A stretch of DNA of 42,776 nucleotides. It comes from Bacteroidia bacterium (GTDB lineage Bacteria > Bacteroidota > Bacteroidia > UKL13-3). Positions 8,994 to 18,038 of this stretch are shown piece after piece (within the stretch, counting starts at the first letter, position 1; the number at the start of each line of letters is the position of its first letter). The translations under genes and the position numbers were made by a program. Below the pieces are notes generated by a model. That model saw only the letters and a program-made list of their open reading frames with translations, was not told the DNA's origin and ran no database searches. Location of the stretch: contig JAKRSG010000046.1 of assembly GCA_022402405.1 (NCBI GenBank), positions 1 through 42,776 on the forward strand, in the 5' to 3' direction.

Positions 8994-9659
8994 ATGAGTC
9001 ACTTTTTAGAAGTTGCCTGCTTCAATGAGGCCTCTGCAATTTTGGCTCAAGAAAATGGCGCCGATAGAATTGAACTATGCGCTCATAGAGAATTAGACGG
9101 CATCTCTCCCCCACTTCAATGGATAAGTGAACTTAAAAAACACCTGCACATTCCTATGTTTGTAATGGTGCGACCAAGAGGCGGGAATTTTGTGTATTCT
9201 AATGAAGAGTTCGAATCTATGAAAATCTACCTCCAACAAGCTTTGCAAGCTGGCGCAGATGGCTTTGTTTTTGGCTGTTTACAAGCAAATTTCGGGCTGA
9301 ACCTAGACCAAAATAAAGCTCTCATTGAACTTGCAAATGAACTACCTTGCACTTTGCACAAGGCATTCGACTTATGTGATGATTTAGAAAAGACAATTAA
9401 TGAGGCTATTCAATTGGGATTTAGACAAATACTAAGTTCAGGAGGAATGAAAACAGCTCTTGAAGGTGCACAGGTACTTTCTAAATTAATTCTTAAATAT
9501 TCTCAAAAACTTGAAATCATGCCAGGTGCTAATGTAAGAAGTACTAACTTAGCAGAAATAAAAAATATTTGTCGCGCTAAATGGTATCATTCATCAGCTA
9601 TTATTGATAGCAGTACTTTACCAGATGCGCAGGAAATACAAGCGTTGAAAAAGGCATGA
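8994..9659 (+). CDS. cutC: CutC-family TIM-barrel protein
   Basis: LEVACFNEASAILAQENGADRIELC...MVRPRGGNFVYS...GADGFVFG pattern. No signal peptide. Its stop overlaps the next ATG (ATGA). Confidence 0.85.
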   Translation: MSHFLEVACFNEASAILAQENGADRIELCAHRELDGISPPLQWISELKKHLHIPMFVMVRPRGGNFVYSNEEFESMKIYLQQALQAGADGFVFGCLQANFGLNLDQNKALIELANELPCTLHKAFDLCDDLEKTINEAIQLGFRQILSSGGMKTALEGAQVLSKLILKYSQKLEIMPGANVRSTNLAEIKNICRAKWYHSSAIIDSSTLPDAQEIQALKKA

Positions 9660-12172
9660 AAATTAAATTATTTATACTGTTTACATTATTTTCTAAAATC
9701 AGTTTAGCTCAAGAAAGCAAAAATTACCTGGCTAATTTTTCTTGGCAATTACAAAGTTCCAAAACGTATAAAACAAGCATTCCAGCTTATGTTCCAAGCA
9801 ATGTACATGGGGTGTTGTTAACTAATAAATTAATTGATAATCCTCTTATAGAAAACAACTTAGCAAAGTTGGATTGGATTGAAAAAGAAGAATGGATATA
9901 TTCTACCCAGTTTACCATTACCGAACCAGATTTAAACTCTTTTTCAAACCTTACTTTATCTATAGAATCAATAGATACTTACTCTGATATATTTTTAAAT
10001 GACCAACTAATTTCGAGCAGTAAAAGTCAGTTTGTTCCTATCAACTTAGAAGTAAAAAAGCAAGTTAAAATAGGAACTAATACACTGAAGGTAATTTTGA
10101 AACCCAGCAAGGAAATAGCCAAAAATTTGTCAAAAAAATACAGCTATACTTTTCCTGGAGAAGACAGAGTATTTAGTAGAAAAGCTCCCTTTTCTTTTGG
10201 TTGGGATTTTGCACCCGAATTACCCGCATTTGGCATAAGTGAACCCAAATTAATACCATGGAATCTTGCCAAAATAAATCATGTTCGCTGCAAACAATTC
10301 GTAAATAAAGACAGTTCGGTTACCTTACAATGGTACTTAGAAATTGAAGCAAATGAAGATGCTACCACAGAACTTAATTATGGCACTACTTCACATTCGG
10401 TTCAAGAATCGGTTAAAAAGAAAATTAAACTTCAAAAAGGAATACATACTTATGAAGTTTCAAGTACTCTTAAGAAACCACTTTGGTGGTATTCAAACGG
10501 ATTTGGTTCAGCCCATTTATATAGCTACCAATTTAAGCTGATGCATCAAAAACAAATGCTTAGTACTTGGGAAGAAAAAATTGGTATACGCACCATTGAA
10601 TGGATAAGAGAAAATGATGAGGCTGGACAAAGTTTCTATCTTAAACTTAACGGGAAACCGGTTTTTATAAAAGGAGCTAATTGGGTACCTCCCAATATTT
10701 TTACGAGTGAAATAAGTACTGAGGATTATAGAAATTTACTGGTAAAAGCCGCCGATGTGAATATGAATATGGTTAGAATTTGGGGAGGTGGCATTTACCC
10801 TTCGAAAGAATTCTATAACCTGTGCGACTCTCTTGGAATACTTGTTTGGCAGGATTTTATGTTTGCTTGTGCAATGTATCCTGCAGATAGCCTGTTTCTA
10901 GATTTAGTAAAGGAAGAAATAGATGTTCAAATAAAGAAATTTCAAAATCATCCTTCTTTAGCCATTTGGTGTGGAAACAATGAAAATGCAGAAGGCTGGC
11001 ATAATTGGGGTTGGCAAAAACAATATAATTACTCTTTTCAAGATTCATCTGCTATTGCACATGCATATTATGCTCTTTTCGACTCATTAATTCCGGAACG
11101 ACTATCCCATCTGCAATCTAACACGTTTTATTGGTCGAGCTCACCCTCCATTGGTTGGGGTAAACCTGAAAGCTTAAAACGTGGAGATTTGCATTATTGG
11201 GGAATTTGGTGGGGAAATGAACCTTTTGAGAATTATCGAAATAAGGTAGGTAGATTTGTGAGTGAATATGGATTTCAATCTTTTCCTAATTACAGCACTT
11301 GTGAAAAAATTGGCATCATTAAAAATGCGGTGGTAGATTCTGCCATAGCTAGATTTCACCAAAAACATCCAATTGGATTTGAAACCATAAATCATTATTT
11401 AAAGCAGAATTATCCTGCAGCCAAAAACATAGAACAATTTGTTTATTTGAGTCAGTTATTACAAGCAAGGGGAATGGAAATTGCGATTGAAAGTCATAGA
11501 GCAGCCAAACCATATTGCATGGGTACATTATTCTGGCAGTTAAACGATGCATGGCCCGGAATTACGTGGAGTAGCATAGATTATTATGGCAAGAAAAAAG
11601 CATTTTACTATAAATTAAAAAGCAGTTATGCACCTTATTTTATAGCCGTAAAACATATACACGACTCCCTTGAAATAAAAGTTATTTCTGATGCTCCGCA
11701 AAGCATTTCTGGCGCAATACAATTTGTACATTGGAACAAAAATGGAAACGCTTTAGACCAGCAGATTAAAAGCATAAACATTCCAGAAAATAGTGCAACT
11801 ACCCATAGGTTTGCTATAAATAAGGAACTCAATATGAAAGATACGTGTGAATGGGTTATACAAGTTAACTTGTTAAACGGAGGTGAAAACATTGCTCAAA
11901 AAAACTTTTATTTCTGTTTGCCCCAGAACCTTAAATTAGCCAAAGAAAGCTATATCTTAGAAATGGTAGATGAACGTTCTTTCACTATTTATAGCGAGGT
12001 TCCTATGAAAGATATTTACATTCAATGTAAAGATTTTGATTTTGAAACCGACATAAATTATTTTGATTTGATGCCTTATCAAAAACAACTGATACAGGTT
12101 AAATCGAAGAATAATGTAAAATTTGAAAGAAAAGATTTTAACATTATCAGTTTTAATTCTCTCTTAAATTAG
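9656..12172 (+). CDS. Secreted beta-mannosidase, GH2
   Basis: Signal peptide. NGKPVFIKGANWVP, WQDFMFACAMYP, WCGNNEN (acid/base Glu) and VSEYGFQSFP (nucleophile Glu). Confidence 0.85.
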   Translation: MKIKLFILFTLFSKISLAQESKNYLANFSWQLQSSKTYKTSIPAYVPSNVHGVLLTNKLIDNPLIENNLAKLDWIEKEEWIYSTQFTITEPDLNSFSNLTLSIESIDTYSDIFLNDQLISSSKSQFVPINLEVKKQVKIGTNTLKVILKPSKEIAKNLSKKYSYTFPGEDRVFSRKAPFSFGWDFAPELPAFGISEPKLIPWNLAKINHVRCKQFVNKDSSVTLQWYLEIEANEDATTELNYGTTSHSVQESVKKKIKLQKGIHTYEVSSTLKKPLWWYSNGFGSAHLYSYQFKLMHQKQMLSTWEEKIGIRTIEWIRENDEAGQSFYLKLNGKPVFIKGANWVPPNIFTSEISTEDYRNLLVKAADVNMNMVRIWGGGIYPSKEFYNLCDSLGILVWQDFMFACAMYPADSLFLDLVKEEIDVQIKKFQNHPSLAIWCGNNENAEGWHNWGWQKQYNYSFQDSSAIAHAYYALFDSLIPERLSHLQSNTFYWSSSPSIGWGKPESLKRGDLHYWGIWWGNEPFENYRNKVGRFVSEYGFQSFPNYSTCEKIGIIKNAVVDSAIARFHQKHPIGFETINHYLKQNYPAAKNIEQFVYLSQLLQARGMEIAIESHRAAKPYCMGTLFWQLNDAWPGITWSSIDYYGKKKAFYYKLKSSYAPYFIAVKHIHDSLEIKVISDAPQSISGAIQFVHWNKNGNALDQQIKSINIPENSATTHRFAINKELNMKDTCEWVIQVNLLNGGENIAQKNFYFCLPQNLKLAKESYILEMVDERSFTIYSEVPMKDIYIQCKDFDFETDINYFDLMPYQKQLIQVKSKNNVKFERKDFNIISFNSLLN

Positions 12173-12196
12173 TTTCATTTGAAACGAGAGAAAATT

Positions 12197-14827
12197 ATGA
12201 AAAGAAAACAAGCCATACTTCTACTTATTCTTAGTTATTGCTTTTGTTTCTCTATTTATGCGCAATATCCAATTATACCAAAACCCCAAGAAATAAAGCT
12301 TGGTTCAGACCAATTTACTTTTTCTATTAACCACCAAATAGAATGTAACAGTACGGATACTATTCTCCTAAAAAACTTAAACCAATGGATAAAAAATTCT
12401 GCTATTTTGAAGGTTCAAGCCAATAAAATGGTTCAAACCAAAATAAGTTTATTATGGGTTGGACCCAAAAAATGGTCGATGTTTTTGAACAAATTACAGC
12501 TTAATAAAAACTTTGATCCAGGAATTGAAGGCTATGTTATTTGGATTGAAAAAAACAGTATCATGGTGCTAGCGCAAAGCAATCAGGGATTATTTTATGG
12601 CTTTCAAAGTTTAAAACAATTATTTAAAGCCGAACAGATTCCATGTGGTATTATTTATGATAAACCACAATTTTCGATAAGAGCTTGGCAAGATGATATT
12701 AGCAGAGGTCCGATACCCACCCTTAATCAATTGAAGAAGGAAATAGAAGTATTATCTCATTATAAATTAAATTATTTTACCCTATACACGGAGAATGTTT
12801 TTAAATACATTACTCATCCAGGTATTGCACCGGCAGACGGAATTACAGCTCAAGAAATAAAAGAATTGAAGCAGTTTGCTAAAGAACATTATGTAACTCT
12901 TATAGCAAATCAGCAGAGTTTTGGGCATATGGAGAAGCTTCTAAAGGTTCGTGGATACGAGGATTTAGGAGAAGCCAATCACATCTTATCTCCTTCCAAC
13001 GAGCGAACCTATGAACTCCTAAAAAACTTTTATGCAGAGCAAAATGAAGCCTATGGAGGCGAATATTTTCAAATAAACGCAGATGAAACTTTTGGTTTGG
13101 GAAGCGGCATAAACAAACCACTTGCAGATAGTTTAGGTATGGGAGGTTTATATTCTTTACATATAAACAGGGTAAATCAATTACTTCAGAAACATCAGAA
13201 AAAAATCATAATGTGGAGCGATATTATTAGTCACTATCCAGAAATTATTCCACAGATAAGTAAAGATATTACCTTAATTCCTTGGGCCTATCACTCAGAA
13301 GAAAGCTTTGTTCTTATGCTACAAAACATAGCTCAATCTGGCTTTACCTTTTGGGTGGCGCCAGGCATAAATAACTGGCTGAACCTATATCCTAATGTAG
13401 AAGTGTTTAAAGAAAATATTCATAACTTAATTAGAGATGGCTACCATTTAGGGGCAAAAGGAGTTTTAAATACCAGTTGGGATGATGATGGTTTTGCTTT
13501 GTTTGGTAATAATTGGCAAGGCTTTATTTGGGGTGCAGATATCTCTTGGAATGTTCCTCAAAAAAATGAAAACAGTTTACTTAGGTGGACAAATTTTCAA
13601 AAGAATTTCGATGTACAATTCTGGGAAGCTCCAATAGAACAGGAGTTAAATAAAATTTATAAACTACATCGAACAAGGCAGCTAAATCTACTCAGAAATG
13701 AAGTATTGTTTGAACCTATTTTCCCTTTACATGAATCTTATATAAGTCAAGAAAAGAAAACTGAATTACATAATCAACTAGAGCAAATAATTAGCAGTAT
13801 CAATTTTTTAGAATCGTCGAAACCCGCCAGTTTACTGGGCAAAGAGAGTATCAATTATATTTTATTAAGCTTACATTTAGCTAAGTTAAGTGCCTCTAAA
13901 AATCTTTTACGAATTGCATATGCAGATTGGAAAAAAAATATGCTAAGTAGTGTCGACATTCTTAACCGAATAAAAGAATTTGACCAAGAAATAAACCACG
14001 TAAAAAATGAATTTACAAACCTATATATTCAAGAAAACAGAAACTATTGGTTAAAAGAGAATATTAACAAGTTAGAGTTATTACGCAAGCGGGTTTTACA
14101 GATTCCATATTATTTTGAAATTGAACCCTCCCAAACTAATTCTTGGAAAGGCAGAGAGTATAAATTTACCAGAAGTATAAGTACCCAGAAAAAAGTTTTT
14201 ACTTGGGGCAAGAATCCCATCAGTATTCATTCACCTGAGTATAAAAAACCTATTTGGAGTAGGCAAAATTTACACCTTACATCCGCACATATGGATGCAG
14301 GAGAATGGAAATTCATAAGACAAGATTCGTTTATTTTCCATAAGGCAATTGGCGCAATAAAACATATAAACCTTAAACCAAGTAGTTACCACCCAAGTTA
14401 TCAAGCAGGCGGGAGATTGGCCTTGTGCGATGGCAAAATAGGTTCAAGCCATGACCTAAGGAGCGGTTTTTGGCAAGGTTATTCTGGATCGGATTTACTA
14501 ATTGATTTAGAATTTGAAAAAGCCAGTAGTATCCAATATTTTGAGATGGGCTTTTACCAAAACACACCTTCATGGGTTATTCTTCCTAAGCAAATAGAAA
14601 TTTACCTTTCAGAAAACGGTACAGACTACCAAATATTTCAAGTGTTAAAGCACGAAATTCCTCTTAATTCCGACCAGGTAATTAAGCATAGCTTTGTTCA
14701 TAAATTTGTTAAAAAGAAAATAAAGTTCATAAGAGTAAAGGCAGTTTATGCCGGACCATTACCAGAAAAACATCCAGGAGCTGGGAGCCCATCTATGATG
14801 TTTGCAGACGAAATTATATTGAGATAA
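12197..14827 (+). CDS. Secreted GH20-like glycosidase with a C-terminal F5/8 type C (discoidin) domain
   Basis: Signal peptide (MKRKQAILLLILSYCFCFSIYAQ). GH20 N-terminal zincin-like region. The TIM barrel has QSFGHME and INADETFG (D-E pair). The C-terminal roughly 150 aa is discoidin-like. I chose the ATG at 12197; the track start at 12179 is a TTG. Confidence 0.75.
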   Translation: MKRKQAILLLILSYCFCFSIYAQYPIIPKPQEIKLGSDQFTFSINHQIECNSTDTILLKNLNQWIKNSAILKVQANKMVQTKISLLWVGPKKWSMFLNKLQLNKNFDPGIEGYVIWIEKNSIMVLAQSNQGLFYGFQSLKQLFKAEQIPCGIIYDKPQFSIRAWQDDISRGPIPTLNQLKKEIEVLSHYKLNYFTLYTENVFKYITHPGIAPADGITAQEIKELKQFAKEHYVTLIANQQSFGHMEKLLKVRGYEDLGEANHILSPSNERTYELLKNFYAEQNEAYGGEYFQINADETFGLGSGINKPLADSLGMGGLYSLHINRVNQLLQKHQKKIIMWSDIISHYPEIIPQISKDITLIPWAYHSEESFVLMLQNIAQSGFTFWVAPGINNWLNLYPNVEVFKENIHNLIRDGYHLGAKGVLNTSWDDDGFALFGNNWQGFIWGADISWNVPQKNENSLLRWTNFQKNFDVQFWEAPIEQELNKIYKLHRTRQLNLLRNEVLFEPIFPLHESYISQEKKTELHNQLEQIISSINFLESSKPASLLGKESINYILLSLHLAKLSASKNLLRIAYADWKKNMLSSVDILNRIKEFDQEINHVKNEFTNLYIQENRNYWLKENINKLELLRKRVLQIPYYFEIEPSQTNSWKGREYKFTRSISTQKKVFTWGKNPISIHSPEYKKPIWSRQNLHLTSAHMDAGEWKFIRQDSFIFHKAIGAIKHINLKPSSYHPSYQAGGRLALCDGKIGSSHDLRSGFWQGYSGSDLLIDLEFEKASSIQYFEMGFYQNTPSWVILPKQIEIYLSENGTDYQIFQVLKHEIPLNSDQVIKHSFVHKFVKKKIKFIRVKAVYAGPLPEKHPGAGSPSMMFADEIILR

Positions 14828-14829
14828 GT

Positions 14830-16038
14830 TTAGGATTTTCTAACCAAACGAGCCATAAAAAACCCATCGAAACCCGATTCGCTTGGCAAAACACTTTTAG
14901 CTTCCTCTAATTCGAAATTAGCATTATTAGATAAAAACTTATCAACCTGTAATTGATTTTCCGAAGGAAGAATACTGCACGTTGCATAAACCAATTTTCC
15001 ACCCACCTTAACAATCTTAGAATACTCCTGTAAAATACTTTGTTGCTCTTCCCTTACTTTATTTACAAATTCGATACTAAGCTTCCATTTAGCATCTGGA
15101 TTTCTTTTTATAACCCCCAAACCACTGCAAGGAACATCAAGTAATAAACGATCTGCTGTATCGTATAATTTTTTTATTGTTTTTGGTCCCTCAATTAAAC
15201 GAGTATCCAAATTACTAACACCTGCCCTTCTAGCTCTTTTTTTAGCCTCATCAAGTTTCCATTGTTCAGTATCTAAACTTAAAATTCGTCCTTTGTTTAA
15301 GCTTAAAGCTGCTAGGTGTAACGACTTTCCTCCTGCACCTGCGCATGCATCAATTACGCGCATTCCGGGTTCTAATTGTAAGAACTCTGCTACCAATTGA
15401 GAAGAGGCATCTTGCACTTCAAAATAGCCCGATTTAAACTCAGGAGTAATAAACAAATTCTGACGTTGCTTAAGTAGAAGCGCATCTTTACAACCTGTTA
15501 CAGGCATGGTAATGATTCCCTTTTCTTGCAGGCTTTTTGCTAAATCAGCTTTACTAATTTTTAAGGTATTTACACGCAAAACCACTGGAGCCGATTCATT
15601 AAGGGCTTCAACCTCTTTATTCCATTGTTTTCCTAGCTCACTATAACCTAAATCATCTAACCAATCTGGTAATGAATGCGCAATTTTTCTTTGCGTTTTT
15701 AGCTGCTTATAATTATGATGAATTTTCTTTTCATCCACATTTTTAAACTCTTCCCATTTAGGTAAAGCAACACCCTTAAGCACTTGCCAAGTGCCAAATA
15801 AAGTATATAAATTGGTTTCGTTTAACTCATGCGTTTCCAACTCGGCAACAGTTCGAATTAATCGCCAATACCTAACCATATCATAGGTATTTTCTGCAAT
15901 AAAAGCTCTATCCCTTGCTCCCCATAAATTATTAGAACGAAGTATTTTTTCTAGGGCCTTATCGGCATATCTACCTTCCTCAAAAATCGAATATATTGCT
16001 CTGTTTACTGCTTTTAACAGGTTTAAATGAAACTTCAT
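14830..16038 (-). CDS. rsmB: RsmB/Sun-family RNA (cytosine-C5)-methyltransferase with a NusB-like N-terminal domain
   Basis: DACAGAGGKS SAM motif, and DVPCSGLG and YATCS catalytic Cys motifs. The stop lies 2 nt from the stop of the convergent GH20-like gene. Confidence 0.8.
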   Translation of the reverse strand: MKFHLNLLKAVNRAIYSIFEEGRYADKALEKILRSNNLWGARDRAFIAENTYDMVRYWRLIRTVAELETHELNETNLYTLFGTWQVLKGVALPKWEEFKNVDEKKIHHNYKQLKTQRKIAHSLPDWLDDLGYSELGKQWNKEVEALNESAPVVLRVNTLKISKADLAKSLQEKGIITMPVTGCKDALLLKQRQNLFITPEFKSGYFEVQDASSQLVAEFLQLEPGMRVIDACAGAGGKSLHLAALSLNKGRILSLDTEQWKLDEAKKRARRAGVSNLDTRLIEGPKTIKKLYDTADRLLLDVPCSGLGVIKRNPDAKWKLSIEFVNKVREEQQSILQEYSKIVKVGGKLVYATCSILPSENQLQVDKFLSNNANFELEEAKSVLPSESGFDGFFMARLVRKS

Positions 16039-16096
16039 ATTTTAAATGTACGCATTAATAAAGCCCCAAAGGTAAGGTATTTATCTGGCTTAAAGA

Positions 16097-17452
16097 CTAA
16101 TTTATATCCTTTAATATTCTGTACTCTGCCGGAAAGTAGTTATTTACTCGATTAGGTAATACCTTCATCCAACCCAAACTCAATCCTTTGTAACAGGCCA
16201 AATTCCAACCAATATTCCAAGCTGTATTAGGGCTTATATTGCCCTTTTTAAGATAGGTTTGTGCCTCTTCTAAACTCAATTCAACTTTAGAAAGTTGCGG
16301 ATTAACATGAACAGATAATGCCAATGAATGCTCTGGTATTAGCTGCATTTTTTTATCCAATTTCCCTAGACAAATACCTGCATATTTCAAGTATAACGCA
16401 TCACGCAAATGCTCGTAAACAGCCATTTTTTCTTTTAGAAAGGCAAACACAAAATCGTTTTCAATAAAATAATCAAACAGATTTGGTTCAGCCAGAAACG
16501 AATGAATTTCTGGTAAATGCTTTTTAGAGGCAAAGGTTAATTTGGCTGAACCTACTCGTTTTTTAGCATGGTTTACCTCCTCAGGTTTTTGAAGGATAGC
16601 AGCAAATAAACCTTCGCCTTTTACTTTATGTGGAAGAAATTTAAACTGGTAAAAATCTTCTGTATAAACAGGCCAATTTTCTGGAACCGTAACAGGAAAT
16701 GGCTTTAATTTATATTGTTCCTGAAGCATGGATACCTGGTTTTCATTCTCAAAAACATTGAATGTGCAGGTTGAATAAATAATAAATCCACCCGGTTTTA
16801 AACATGGTAAAATATCGTGTAAGATGCGAGCCTGACGAGCTTCACACAAATGCACATGCTCTAAACTCCATTCATTTATCGCCAACGGATCCCTACGCCA
16901 AAGCCCCTCTCCGCTGCATGGGGCATCCACCACAATCAAATCAAACAACTCACCTAACTTCTGAAAATGCTTTGGGTCGTTATTACTTACCACACAATTA
17001 GCCCGTCCCCAACGTATTAAATTTTCTTGCAATACACCTACTCTACTTTTAATTATCTCATTCGAAACCAATATCGAATCTTCATCTAAAGCATCTAATA
17101 AAGTAGTGCTCTTCCCCCCTGGAGCAGCACATAAATCTAAGGCTATTATCCCCTTTTTGTCTTTAGTTATGGCCTGAACCAACGCTGATAAAAACATACT
17201 TGAGCTCTCTTGAACATAATATGCTCCAGCATGAAATAACGGATCTTCAATAAATGAAGGTCGCTCAGTTAAAATTCTACCCTCCGAACACCACGGCACT
17301 ATTTCATCATTTGAAAACACATTTGACGACTTTGACTTATTGAGTCGAACAGAGGTATAGGTTTCATTATTTAAGGCATCAAAAAAATATCCTGCCTCTT
17401 TTGGGTAAAGCGACAGGATATGCTGTTTAAAATCTTCTGGCAATGGTATCAT
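16097..17452 (-). CDS. rsmF: RsmF/YebU-like RNA (cytosine-C5)-methyltransferase
   Basis: DLCAAPGGKS, DAPCSGEG and YSTCT motifs plus a C-terminal extension. I chose the ATG at 17452; the track start at 17461 is a TTG. Confidence 0.75.
   Translation of the reverse strand: MIPLPEDFKQHILSLYPKEAGYFFDALNNETYTSVRLNKSKSSNVFSNDEIVPWCSEGRILTERPSFIEDPLFHAGAYYVQESSSMFLSALVQAITKDKKGIIALDLCAAPGGKSTTLLDALDEDSILVSNEIIKSRVGVLQENLIRWGRANCVVSNNDPKHFQKLGELFDLIVVDAPCSGEGLWRRDPLAINEWSLEHVHLCEARQARILHDILPCLKPGGFIIYSTCTFNVFENENQVSMLQEQYKLKPFPVTVPENWPVYTEDFYQFKFLPHKVKGEGLFAAILQKPEEVNHAKKRVGSAKLTFASKKHLPEIHSFLAEPNLFDYFIENDFVFAFLKEKMAVYEHLRDALYLKYAGICLGKLDKKMQLIPEHSLALSVHVNPQLSKVELSLEEAQTYLKKGNISPNTAWNIGWNLACYKGLSLGWMKVLPNRVNNYFPAEYRILKDIN
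16485..16552. repeat. Inverted pair of the over-represented 9-mer (GGTTCAGCC ... GGCTGAACC) inside rsmF
   Basis: The copies at 16485-16493 and 16544-16552 are exact reverse complements, 50 nt apart. Confidence 0.9.
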
Positions 17453-17463
17453 TGCCAACAAAT

Positions 17464-17856
17464 TTAAAAGGTCTTAGCCAGAAATTTCTCAAAATCTTCT
17501 TTAAGTTCTTTATAAATCTTTAAGAAGGTATCGTGTTGATCTATTAAAGTTGAAGGAACTTCAATTTTACGATGGTCGCTAGCCACAGGATTGCTTACTA
17601 CATTATCTGTAATTACATTATCAAATTGCTTAAACTCATGACGTAAAATATCAACTACCTCGTTCTGACGGATAAACTGGTTTTGAAAGTGTTCTACTTC
17701 TGCCAATACTTCAGGCTTATTATTACTCTTAACAACCTCTTCTAATCTATTCTGAAAGGTTTTAAGTTCATCTTTGTAGAAGGCTAATTCCTTAACCCAT
17801 TCAATCATCTTGGCATGTGCCTCTGTTAAATACGCTTTGTTTTCCATACTATTCAT
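17464..17856 (-). CDS. Small all-helical hypothetical protein, first gene of the rsmF/rsmB string
   Basis: 130-aa ORF with an ATG start, ending 11 nt before the rsmF ATG. No motif I recognise. Confidence 0.5.
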   Translation of the reverse strand: MNSMENKAYLTEAHAKMIEWVKELAFYKDELKTFQNRLEEVVKSNNKPEVLAEVEHFQNQFIRQNEVVDILRHEFKQFDNVITDNVVSNPVASDHRKIEVPSTLIDQHDTFLKIYKELKEDFEKFLAKTF

Positions 17857-17882
17857 TTTTTAATGTGGTTTATTTTCTACAT

Positions 17883-17890
17883 CAAAAGTA
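17883..17890 (-). promoter_or_regulatory. Candidate -7 box TACTTTTG for the 17856 operon
   Basis: The reverse complement of caaaagta matches TAnnTTTG, 27 nt upstream of the ATG. No clear -33 element. Confidence 0.35.
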
Positions 17891-18038
17891 GTGTTCAAGC
17901 AATATTTAAGAAATGACGTATATCATAAAACTAGCTGTTAAAAATCAAATTACTTAAAAATATGTTAATAATGCTTTAGTCTTGTGCGATTGGCACGAAA
18001 ATAGTTAATTTCACAGCGGAAAAAGTTAATTACACAAC

